This document shows, in pieces, positions 50,202 to 62,245 of a stretch of DNA of 64,000 nucleotides (positions within the stretch are counted from its first letter, which is position 1; every line of letters starts with the position of its first letter). The DNA lies in the NCBI GenBank assembly GCA_002633005.1, contig NMRA01000362.1:310001-374000 (forward strand), read 5' to 3'. Position numbers and translations under genes: made by a program. The notes under the pieces were generated by a model. It was not told the origin of the DNA. It was given only the letters and a program-made list of their open reading frames with translations, and made no database searches. The DNA comes from Phoronis australis. Taxonomy: Eukaryota > Animalia > Phoronida.

Positions 50202-53200
50202 TTATTTATGAGGATTTAAAAGGATTTTACAAGCTTGTCCCGTAAAAAGCACTCGGTAAGCCTCTTCGTACTCAGACATCGGGAAATTGTGGGAAACTAT
50301 AGGACTTAGGTCTACTTTTCTTTCCACAAGAAGGCGCTCAACTTGTTCCCACGTGTGAAATATCCTTCTTCCATGGATGGTTCGTAATGTAAGCGACTTG
50401 AACACTGAAAGAGATAATCACTTATAATGCAAGTCTATGAAACTTAGTACACGGAAACTCTTAAAATTTACTTTCGATTAAGATCGTTTATAGGAATGAA
50501 GTTGGTATCAACATGCTCTTTTCTTAAGTTAGAGGTTATTTTTAGACTTGGAAAGAATCGATAATTCGTTTTTGATTGAAATCAGGCTGAACGAGTAGGA
50601 TTGCCACGAGGGGTCGTTCTATGGACCTAGTATGGTCTCCTATGGAATTGTATCGACTATCAGTGCCAGAAAGATTTTGTGACATGGCCGAGTTATAAAT
50701 ATGTTTGTGCATACATGTAGTGTCACGCTGTTGTACACAAAAAACCAAGGCCTAATTAACCTAATTTCCGTGTGAAAGCTGTAGTTTAACAACTGTTTAA
50801 ATCAATATAGTGCGGCAGCAACCCTTCGTAACACAAACTTCGTTGAAAAGACGACTGGACTTTTTGTTTGACAGCTTGCCTACAGACTCTCTCGGAGTGT
50901 CGAAAAAAGTCTCCTTTCTTCAGAGGAGCAGCTATGTAGCAAAACACCGAGAGACATAAAAGACCGACAACTCTCACAAGTTCTCACGCCATCTTACAAA
51001 ATTTCCAAGCACCTTGATCAAATCATCAAACCGTACACTCAGAGTAAACATTCTATCAAATCACGTGACGTACTACGCACCTCAACTGTCCTGCCAGACT
51101 GCCAACCGATGTCACTTGATGTTGAGTCATTATTTACCAACTGAATGTACTTGTTACAGAAACCATTGACATAGATTGTTTCGACCTGTTTAAATAAGAA
51201 ACTTTAGAAAGATTTACCTTACCTATATCTTGCAGCACATTCTCCACGTGCAGCGGAGTCTTTGGAAGCCCAACCATAACTATGAAGCCCCCTTTTCTCA
51301 AATATTTAAAGCTTGAATTGACCATGATACTTGCACCACTCATCTCACATACTCGGCCAAAACCGTCTTTGTTCGTCAACTCCATGGTAACCTAAAACAC
51401 ACTTTTTGCCTAAAACAACGTGGCTTGCACTTTGGCGGTTTAAAGAGGTTGCCTATTGATAATTTCTTAAAAGCACATACTGCAATGTCGTTAAAAGCCT
51501 CTGTTGGCATGGAAAAGACTTTAGATTTTGTTAATACGAAATAGCGTTCCTAATCTTACGAGATTATACAAACAAAAGGACGAGAGGTTATCTGACCATT
51601 TTGCAAAATAACTTCTGAAATTAGAAACGTAAGAACGTACGCTACTGAAACAAATTAAAGATTGTTAATACATGTATCTATAAGAAGTCTACTCAGAACT
51701 CTCACGCGTAATGAAAGAGGTGCACGCTGAATAAAAAAACGTATTCCACATTATTTGAAAACCATTGTTACTACTCAGCAATAATTTCATTTCCACGTAG
51801 CTTGATAACAGAATTATAGACTAAATATGATTTTATCCTGTAGCTATTCCACCAGGGCTGAGTTCCGTAGACTAGTATGTTTTCTGCGAGTAAAGAGAGA
51901 TCACGTAAATTTTCGCGATATCGCCATGTATTACAGCTAAAGCACCACCTTTTCTCACGAATGTCTTGGTATATATGGAACGCAGCCCCGGGTATCCGCC
52001 GGAATGTACTCTTTGATACGTTTTGACAGAGCTCACGTTCGCGGTCGTAAACAAAAGTTTTCTAGTTTTAAATTGCCAAATAAACTTATTCTAAGTCGGA
52101 GATATTTTTGAACTTCCGTTTTTGAAAATTCAGCATTTGCCCTTTTTGCTAGCGATACATTTTCACATTGACACAACTTTACGAAACACAACTCCGCATA
52201 CCTGCACCAAATCTCTTTCTAACGTGTTCACGGTTACGTCTGCTCCCATTTTCTTCGCCAGTTCAAGTTTTTTGTTGTCAATGTCTGCTGCCACAATCCT
52301 GGAGGCAATACGTGACATAAATATGTATTCTGTTAGCACACGAACTCAGGGGCTTAACTTCTGGGGGTGTTGAAGTTGATCCCCAAAAATTGTCCATTTA
52401 GTTGTACAAATGAGAGAACAAGTACAAATGAAATAATAAAATGGTGTTGAAATTGTTATGACGAAGTTTTCACTTATATTCAAACATAAGATAACCTGTT
52501 GACTTGGCTTTAAAAGGGAATTCTACCTTTTAATGCGTTTTTGGATTTTAATAATGCATTATCAATCTTTTTAGTAGATTTTTACAAAACGATATTGAAG
52601 ACCCACGCAGCGATCAAGGCAGATACGCAAGCTAAACACGAACAAACCAAACAGCGGAAGTGAATCTCCTCCGTTGAACTAATCAGTGATCCCCATTGGA
52701 TCAGTGGTTTTAACATGTTTACTTAGGAACGCAAACTTTCCGCAAAACATATACCAGCAATAGTACTCTTAGATGACGCAAGATATTTTTGAAGGATCAC
52801 AATCGCTTCAAGGGACAAACGGCACCTTTTTGAGATTATTTTGGGTAAAACGGCGTCTTGGGGTTATTGATCACGACCAGAGCTGTAACACAGCAACATC
52901 CGTTGCGTTTTGAATATTTAACATGGCCGATTTCCGACCTTGGCTTCCAGGCATTCGGTACACACCAAATTGATAAAAAATCAGGAAAGGTGACATTCCT
53001 CTAAAATCCAACGCGTCTGCTCGTCTTAACTGTGGACAAGGTTTCGAGCGGGTTTTGGAAATTGGGAAAATAACGTTTGTGAAATTGTCTACACCTGATG
53101 AAATTGTTTGCAAGCTCATTGTTTTGAAGAGTGTTATGTGGCTATCTAAGAAGTTGCAAATTAACAATTTCTTTCATAAATGTTTTTGGGGAAAGCTATT

Positions 53201-56200
53201 CCACTTCTTTTCCTCAGTTTTCTTCGCAGACTTCCAATGACGGTCATATTTAAGATTCTCAAACAAAAATAAGCAAAACCTGTCACGAAAGCTACCGCGG
53301 ATAGCTTGGGAAATTCAGATGTGCTTTGTTCGCTCTGACAAACACAACATGTCCATTGATTCTAGCCCGCATGTGATGCCAGATCCCGTGATGCGCAGCC
53401 TGGCCTTCAGCGGCTGGTCTCTAGGTACATGTATTTGCGACTTCGTGTTTTATAAACAAGCAAACAAAACAACCAGTTAGCCTACCTTTCATAGGTCCAT
53501 TCACTAACCGAATTTGGGGGGTTATGATCTTTGAACATATGTTACGCTCCTTGACGAGTAAAACGAAATAGGAAATAGTTAGATGTAAGTCATTGATAAT
53601 CTTTAAAGGGACATTACCGGTTTTACGACCGAAAAACGCATTTTCTGGATTATTGCCGGATGGGTTAGACTTCGTGAAGTTATTAACGTTCACTAGAGCT
53701 ACCACGAAACAAAATCTCGCGTGTTTTCGTGATTACCTATCGCAACTCTCGCTGTTGTCTGCCAGACCGTCTTTTGTTGAAATCAAGGCCGGTGTCTATA
53801 CCATTTTATTTAAAGCTTGAGAATCGTGTTATAGTCTTAACAGTAAACATTGAAATACATTGAACGGGCTGAATGAGCATCAAACGTCAGATGAAAGAAA
53901 ACGTTATTACATGTAGAAAAGCACTTCGAAATGTGCAAACCAACATGCGAACAGGATGAATAAATTCGCTGAAAGCAAACACCTCTTTGCCCCCATAGCT
54001 TTAGCCATGCTGCAGGCGATCAGTCCGACCGGCCCTGCACCAATTATAAGTAGGTCTTCGGCTTCCACTTCCAACTGTTCCATAGCGTTATGTGCGACAC
54101 CTGCCGGCTCCATAAGAGTTGCTTCGGACGGCGCTGTGTGTAAGAACGACTGCATACTAGTGATATAGTCAAAGGAAAGATCAATTGTCACATCAACTCG
54201 AAATAAAATATGGAAAGAGATAAAATTTGTGTTATTATTATCATTATCGTTACTACTATCGTTACTGTGATCATCATCATCATCATCATCATCATCATTA
54301 TTAAATTCATGACGCAGTACTTTTGTGCTTAATGTATTCATGTGTTCTAGTATTCTTTAACACAAATATGTCAAAAATAATAAAAATTATAAAAATACCC
54401 AAGTTAGAAATCGAGTATTTTGGTTTAAAATTGTGTTTGTGATTATAATAGCGTCATACAAAAATCGTATTTTGCTTTTATTTAAAGTCGTTGTAGTTGT
54501 TGTTTAATTGTTATTGTAGTTCAAGATGTTGTTGTTGTTCTTGTTGTTGTCGTTGTTGGCATTTTGTTTCCAAAAGGTGGCCCTCTTCAATTGTTTTTAT
54601 ATAACTTATACTCAAAACAACAACTAACTAACAAGCGACGAATGTAATTTCGATAGTAACAGAAATTATTGTTAGAAGTTATTATGTTCTCTTCGATCTC
54701 TAAAGAAGTACCTAAGATTAGACTAATTGCGTCAATTGTGCCCATTAAACGAAGACTAATCATGTATACCTTGCTGAAAGCCAGCTGATAAGTGCGAAAA
54801 TTTTGTATTTCACAATGTTGTTGATCACAGAGCTGATCTCGCACAATATGTGCAGTCAATACCCAACATGCAGTTACATGGTGAGTAATTTGATGTCACT
54901 TTGAGACATAACAAGAACTTGAAAGATTAAAAGGCCATGTACAAGTTCATCGACCTCTATCTACTCTAAACGATTGTTGTGTACGATTTCGTACAAAATT
55001 TGTTAGCTCCTCAACTCCTGACGGTACACCTGTCTACACAACCCGATTAGTCATGACAATCACATACGACTAATAGGGATGTATGGACAGGACCTCAGAG
55101 AGCAGAAATGCCCTTAAACTATTGGTTTTATTTCGAAACAAGGCTTCCAAGAAAACTTGTTTCTTAGGACGCCAAATGATTTATTTATTAACTCAATATT
55201 TGAATATTCAGCCATGTGAAGAACTTTAAAATCGTATCTCTCTAACGTCTCACTTTTCCGAAATTTATCATCAATTTTTCAAGTCCATCAATGTAATTGT
55301 CGACCCTCGTGAAGTCCTTTCACTTTTAACTGCTCTTTGCGTGAATAAATTTCAAACAAAAACAATATCGTATTGAACAGCTTGTAAGGATGTCCTCTGC
55401 ATAACTCAGCACGCATGAACACGTTTTGAAAAACCATAAACATTCCAATAAGCCAGTTAATATCATTGGGATGTTACTGTAGTGTTTTCTCAGAATACGC
55501 GAAGATAGAACTAAATGTGCCAGGCGTCGTTCTTGAAGCTTGCACTGCCATCTAGTGCCAGGCTGATATCAGCTGTTCTCCAGTTATTAGTTGTAGCCCT
55601 TTTGTGTATTTCCTATTCCCTTGATGATGTTGGATTGATTTACCATCGAAACGTTGCACATTGTGTAAATGCAAATACAATATGTTATAATCAAACGTTC
55701 TCAGTCTTGAATTGTTTACATTTTCACTTTTTATTGCAATCAATAGTTTTACGTTGTATATACATGTAGTTCATAAGCTTAACTTAGTGACATCCGAGTA
55801 ATGATATGTTTTAATTATTAATATCCGAGCTCATACAGTTGTTTTCAATAAGCTTTACTTCCCGACGTTCGAATTCGCATAGTTGCTTAGTCGTTTTTTC
55901 TGACATCAGGATTGATACAATAATTTATCAGCTTTGCTTACTGATATGCAAGTCAATGGAGAGCTTACAGGCTTAACTTTCAGATACGTAAGTCGATATA
56001 ATAACTTTATAGACTTTACTTACTGATGTTAGGAGATACAGTAGTTTATAGACTTGACTTACTGATTTCCCATTTCGAATAATAATTGCTTATCAGCTTG
56101 ACTTACTGATTTGCGACTTGATACAGTAGTTAATAGAATTTACTTACTGATATCCGAGTTGATACAGTAGCAGTATTTTGAAGAAACAATGGAGTACTCC

Positions 56201-59200
56201 GAGCAACCGCCATGGGGCGTTTTGCGTCCGTGTCCATATTGACCCAAGTCCTGCGTACACACAAAACAGGTTCCAGTATCTTATCTTTCTACTCGAAATC
56301 GAATTTTTTTCTTACGATTTCCCTTCTACCTTATGGCGTGCTCGAGACAAGTGTCAATCGAGTACGTAACAGTTACAGAGGCGAGCTTTTAGTCTAAGTT
56401 CACCCATGATGACTTTTAGACTCGAGCTGTAAACTCGGAAAAACTCGGGACTTCGGATAGAAACTCGAGATTTGGAGTTCAGACTAGAACTGATATATCT
56501 GATGCTTGGGACATGGAGTACAAACAATGATTAGGCAGACATCTAGGCCAACCATAATGCATTTGAGCACAGAAGCGTAGAACGGGAAAACGTCAAAAAT
56601 AACTTCGAGTTCGGTTTTGCGGAGTACAAAGATTAGATCCCGGGTTCAGAAATCCTTTTCACTAAGTTATAAGTAAAATTGTCAATCAAAAGAACTGTTC
56701 CAATAACACAATACATGGATTGCCACTCCTTTGTTTATGGCACGGTCCTGAATAGAAACCTCTTTTGTCCTGGAGGTAGGAAAACGCGTTGTTACATTGG
56801 GCTCGTTTTACAAATGTCGGATTGATTCTTGGAATATTGCATTCACGGGTAGGCCCACTTCTCAAGTTTATCCAACTTTCGGAGGAGTTGTAGTCCTGAC
56901 CACAGCTTTAAAACTTTGCCCGCACTGTTAGAGCGAATACAGTTGATGAAGTCGAGAAAAAAAATAACACGCAAAAAGCAAAGAACCTGTAAGTGACATG
57001 AGAAACTCCAACGGAATGGCGCGAAAGCGAGGACACAAAACTGCTTCACTGATGTTGCAGCATTGTGAGAAAATACCGCGAGATTCAAGTGTCGCTGTGT
57101 AGCTCATGGCCGCCCTATTGGGTAGTCTTGTCCGCATCTGTGTGGCATTGTTACTGCATGTAAACATGGAATCTTGCTTAATGTCAAGATGCGTGAACTT
57201 GGAATACAAAAACATGAACAAAAGAAGTCACCTGATTGCCCAAATCAATATTCAATTCAAAGTTCACGCTTACGCGATCTTGAGATTAAGCAGGATTCCA
57301 AGTTCTCGCACAGCGCTGTCATCAACAATTACCACTGGCCATCACAAACACGACTCGTGATCCCACGTTTACTCGTGAATACCACCTTTCGCGTTACTCT
57401 ACTTGCGGAACCAGGAAATGGAGTTGAAGGAACTCGGATAATAATTGTCTGTTACACTGTCTGGATTTGCATAACCTAGCCATGGCCAACTTTGATTTGC
57501 AGGATAGCTTATAGAGAATTTTAAAAAGCCACCAACCCAGTTTTAACTGACTTATGAAAGTGACGTTGTATTACAACAAGACGTGTTTCGTGAAAGAAAA
57601 TTGAAAGGACTAGTAGTTGCGATACAAGACGCAATCAAAAAGTTTCGAAGTCTTATTCAAGCCTAGTGAAACAATTCGAAGATAAAAATCATTACAACCG
57701 AAGAGCTGGGTTATTTTATGACCATTCGGAGTGCGTTCCGTACACCGAGTTCCTAGCGAGAAAAGAGAGATCACGAAATATAACGCAAAACCTCGCAATT
57801 GAACTGCACCTGTTTCTCAAGTATGCTCCAGAAGCTGATTTCAACCTAATCGCTAATCTGGTTCAACAACAACTGTTTTTCTTCTACTCTCAAGACACCT
57901 GGAAAATCCATAACACATAGAAAGCACACTCGGTGAGCTTTCTCAAGGACAAAGGATTTCAACAAAGCTATGTTCTTACCTTGCTACGTCTACTGGAAAA
58001 TTGGGGTGCCGTTGAATTACAACAAATTGCGATATTGGCATTTTTCTCGCCAAAATCACTAATTAAATACTGCCCCGGTCCGACAACGGAGGCAAGGCTC
58101 CTAATTCTCGTGCCTTGCAGAATCCAGAACTATAGGTTAAGATTTACCATTATCAATCAGATTTTTATTACATATTTCCATTCTTCTTAGAGGTACCTGT
58201 ATCTGCAGAAACAAAAATTCGCGCTTGATAAGGAAGTGCTCCGAGTGGACTTTCTTTTCAAAACAACTTCAAAGAACTACTGAGTGCCATTCATTACAAT
58301 TCCTTTCCATTTACTTAACAGAATTGCCATCAAACCTGAGCCGCCCCACTGCTTTCATTTTTGGGAGCTACGAAGGCCTGAACCGTGGTCTTAGATCTCA
58401 CGAGCGTAATCTGGCAAAATGGCGACTACTGAGATGATTGGTCGGTGAGGTTGGAAAGCTGAATTGTGGTTTATGGAATAGAATGCACTGTTTCCGTTCC
58501 ATAAGCGACGACTGTTCGCGTACGTGCATAGTTAATACATTTTGTTTGCGAAATTCCGTCGATATATTGTAATAACACTCTGGTACTCTTGGAGTATCAA
58601 ACGGCACCAAACGATATCGTCCCGTAAAGGATTTTAGGAAATAACTCACCTGACAGATGTCACCTCTGTCGTGCTTACATTGATAACAGTTTCCGCAATA
58701 GAAGTGATTCTCGACTGCGATTCGTTGTCCAACTGACACGGTCGCCTCTGGTCCTGTTTTGACCTGTAAAAAGCGATGTGAGAAACCATACAATCAACAA
58801 CAAAAATATCTTACTTGAGCCATACTATACATAAATGTTTGAGGATTTTTCATGAACTTAAAGTTTCACTTAAACATGTTTTCAATCTTAGAAATTCCGC
58901 TATTGTTTACAGTGTAGTTGTATAAGGTGTAAACCAGACTTGCGACCAAAAAGATTCGCGAAGCACTTAATGAAACAGACCCCAGACGTGCTCAAGTTTA
59001 TCCTAGACCTTTCGCTTGTATTCAGTTTAAGTCCATTTCTTGCAAACTCAAGTACGCTACATCGGACACATTTCAAGAAAAGAAGACGAATTATAACGTG
59101 TGAGTTAACTACTATTTGAACTCTTGCAACCTCTAGACCCCACTGCCCTTAAAATCTACCGCAATCACTGTTAATATTGGGTGTCACAAAATGTACTCAA

Positions 59201-60083
59201 ATTTGAAATGATATTNGCCCAGCTAAACGGCGTTATTTATTGATTACTGGTTTATAAAAAGATAATCAAAAAGGAATTAAGTCTTTAAACCAAAATAAAT
59301 GCATTGTTAATTAACTTCAGAAGAATATTAATGGTGCAGTTCACTTCCTTGACGTTTTATTTTTGCTTTCCAGAAGCATTGCGCGATAAATTTTCGTTCT
59401 CCACGTCTTTCGTTTGCCAGCCAAGTGCATACAGAGCACGTGACGATTCACACGCCAACTAGCACAGTACGATTTGTAACCACTCAGAAGACCCTGGCTA
59501 ACTATACTCTAATGAGCTCTCAGCGAAATACTGAAGCGTGGGTACATTTTGGGACACCATGTACTCAAAGGGACTTTCCCACTTCAAATAAAAATATAAA
59601 CTATGTTACTCAATTACAAAGTGAGTCTTATTCCTTCCCAAACGTTGATAAATGATGATTTACATGCCTCCCAACAGATCATTCAAGGCATTGGCAAGCA
59701 AAATGTTAAAAGACGATGGATTTTAACATGATTGGCAAAACCTACCGAAGTTGGACTCGGTACTATCGTGGTAAAGGGATTTTTAGGCAGACTTGAATTC
59801 AATAACTTAATAGTTCGTGTTCTAAGATTTAGGCCTCTAGTAGGAATAAAACGTCCTATTGAGTCTACGCTAGTTACCACCATTTATTTTCAGCGCGCAC
59901 TTCCTTTCGTGAATTTGAAGACTATACGTTCCGCATGGCGCATGCGTACCACGACTCCAGAGCATTCGTGGCCTGGCGTAAATGGGATGCTAGCGATAAC
60001 TTTCGCTACGTTGTTCCACTTGTATAGGGCAATGTCTGAGCCGCATATGGAAACCAGGTCTACGCGAATGAGGACTTCGTCAC
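50202..60083 (-). CDS. tdh: Zn-dependent (MDR family) L-threonine 3-dehydrogenase-like protein of bacterial Tdh type; 5' exon(s) not located
   Basis: Phase-consistent exons 60083-59950 (ICGSD...PGHE), 58763-58650 (ENHFYCGNCYQCKHDRGDIC, structural Zn Cx2Cx2Cx7C), 56250-56148 (GQYGHG..GGCSEY), 54133-53983 (EPAGVA..GAGPVG), 52298-52202 (AADID), 51391-51223 (EMSGA..VGLP), 50404-50202 (VFKSLTLRTIHGRRIFHTW..LSPIVSHNF). The last resembles bacterial Tdh FKGL.I.GI.GR.MF.TW. Confidence 0.88.
50986..51173 (+). mobile_element. Penelope-like retroelement reverse transcriptase fragment
   Basis: Translates TPSYKISKHLDQIIKPY...PMSLDVESLFTN, then frameshifts to NVLVTETIDI. SLDVESLFTN matches the Penelope RT S(F/L)DVxSLFTNVP motif. 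Confidence 0.8.
54229..54303. repeat. (TTA/TCA)n trinucleotide microsatellite
   Basis: Direct reading of the sequence. Confidence 0.85.
55775..56170. repeat. ~41 bp minisatellite derived from a tdh exon/intron junction
   Basis: Repeated ACTTACTGAT....GATACAGTAG units. The last unit is the real exon end and donor at 56148. Confidence 0.8.
59175..59563. mobile_element. Tc1/mariner-type MITE
   Basis: TATTGGGTGTCACAAAATGTACTCA ... TGGGTACATTTTGGGACACCATGTA inverted termini with TA ends. Confidence 0.75.
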
Positions 60084-61040
60084 CTTGAAAAACAACAAGT
60101 TGCACAACGGTTAAGATGTATTGCCCAAGGGCAAACCAAGGTCAATAATTTCCAAGTGAGCAAGTATAAAAACAGAGATAACAAAATTGTAGAATGACGC
60201 GTTACAGAGTTGTGATTTGTTCCAAAAGCTTTGTTGTCAAAAAATTCTCACATTCGGTATACATTGAACTATACGGTTTGTGCGTATTTGTCAAAAGTGT
60301 CTACAGTGAAGTAAGAATCACGTTTGGTGCGATAGACATTTATAAATCCAGTTTAAAAATTATATTTTCCACTATTTTGAAATGTTCTAACGTCATGTAA
60401 AAAGATCATAATTTGGGAATGAGCTTTGACTAAATGGGTTAAAATCCCTTTTTATGAAATTATCAGCTACATGTAAAATGAAGCGGAAGGAGCATCTCCT
60501 GGCGGGGGACTTTCAGAAATACAGGTACATAGAACTCGCTGGTTTAGTATAGGCAATTTTTTACCTCTTTAAGCCTTAACGCAGTTTAAGCTGTTTCCCA
60601 CACAGTGTGTGTTGCCAAAAAATTGTACCCAGGCTGATGTTTTACCGTTTTATTTTGTAATAGTGAAAATATCTGTGCGACAAGTAAAAGCAGTCATCAA
60701 AATGACTCTGTGGTTTTCACAATAATTTCATAATTATCTGTCTTGTGGTAGACACATGATAAATGCCTCTTTTGTAGAAATAAACCTCCAGAATTTGGAC
60801 AACGATCGTGGTTATCTGTTATCCGAATGTTTTGTTGTTTCCACCTAGATATCGCCTCTTTGATCCAAAAACGTACTGACAGACTAGGATGCCTGAAACC
60901 AAAAACTCCGGAAACGAAGTAGGAGGAAGTTGCTTACAAACTTGAGAAGACGAAAACTGAATTATTCTATTGTCCGGTCCACACACAGACTAGCCCTACA
61001 ACAACTGACACTGGGGCAACTTGGCTCACTTTAAGTAGAC

Positions 61041-61042
<2 letters not shown>

Positions 61043-61083
<41 letters not shown>

Positions 61084-61821
61084 NNNNNNNNNNNNNNNNN
61101 NNNNNNNNNNNNNNNNNNNNNNNNNNNNNNNNNNNNNNNNNNNNNNNNNNNNNNNNNNNNNNNNNNNNNNNNNNNNNNNNNNNNNNNNNNNNNNNNNNNN
61201 NNNNNNNNNNNNNNNNNNNNNNNNNNNNNNNNNNNNNNNNNNNNNNNNNNNNNNNNNNNNNNNNNNNNNNNNNNNNNNNNNNNNNNNNNNNNNNNNNNNN
61301 NNNNNNNNNNNNNNNNNNNNNNNNNNNNNNNNNNNNNNNNNNNNNNNNNNNNNNNNNNNNNNNNNNNNNNNNNNNNNNNNNNNNNNNNNNNNNNNNNNNN
61401 NNNNNNNNNNNNNNNNNNNNNNNNNNNNNNNNNNNNNNNNNNNNNNNNNNNNNNNNNNNNNNNNNNNNNNNNNNNNNNNNNNNNNNNNNNNNNNNNNNNN
61501 NNNNNNNNNNNNNNNNNNNNNNNNNNNNNNNNNNNNNNNNNNNNNNNNNNNNNNNNNNNNNNNNNNNNNNNNNNNNNNNNNNNNNNNNNNNNNNNNNNNN
61601 NNNNNNNNNNNNNNNNNNNNNNNNNNNNNNNNNNNNNNNNNNNNNNNNNNNNNNNNNNNNNNNNNNNNNNNNNNNNNNNNNNNNNNNNNNNNNNNNNNNN
61701 NNNNNNNNNNNNNNNNNNNNNNNNNNNNNNNNNNNNNNNNNNNNNNNNNNNNNNNNNNNNNNNNNNNNNNNNNNNNNNNNNNNNNNNNNNNNNNNNNNNN
61801 NNNNNNNNNNNNNNNNNNNNA

Positions 61822-61899
<78 letters not shown>

Positions 61900-61929
61900 G
61901 CACACACACGGACATACACACACGCACAT
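61043..61929. repeat. (CA)n microsatellite spanning an assembly gap
   Basis: CA runs on both sides of N 61084-61820. Confidence 0.95.
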
Positions 61930-62101
61930 ATCCGATAACTAGTACAAGGCGGAAGTTGTCGCACTGTTTGTAGCAATGAACAGTTGATACGAATACGGAA
62001 CCCAAATCCCAAAAAAAGAACCGTCAGTTGGTAACTGCAACTGATAATTACTTCCGCCTTGCCCAAGGTTTACGGCCAAACAGCTATTAGAAGTGGTGCA
62101 A

Positions 62102-62245
62102 TTTTACCTAGAACAAGTTACCCCATCTCGACAAGGTGAAATAAGTTGTCACAAATGGGGCAAGTTGTACTAGTTTAAATAACGTCCAGATAGCACTCAA
62201 ACCTAGCGACAACTAGTTCCAGGAGTAACTTGTTCTAGGGTAAGA
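62102..62245. mobile_element. Small palindromic MITE-like element
   Basis: TTACCTAGAACAAGTTAC ... GTAACTTGTTCTAGGGTAA inverted arms. Confidence 0.55.

Noticed and set aside
53090-53130. Hammerhead ribozyme core (CTGATGA)
   Set aside because: No supporting stems or correctly placed GAAA found here or at the minus-strand matches.
50202-60083. Bacterial contamination as the source of tdh
   Set aside because: The gene is split by long GT-AG introns containing host-type transposons.
18066-60083. A single functional system linking EcKL, the Ig/FN3 receptor and tdh
   Set aside because: Adjacency in an animal genome is not evidence of a shared pathway, and there is no shared regulatory or operon-like signal.
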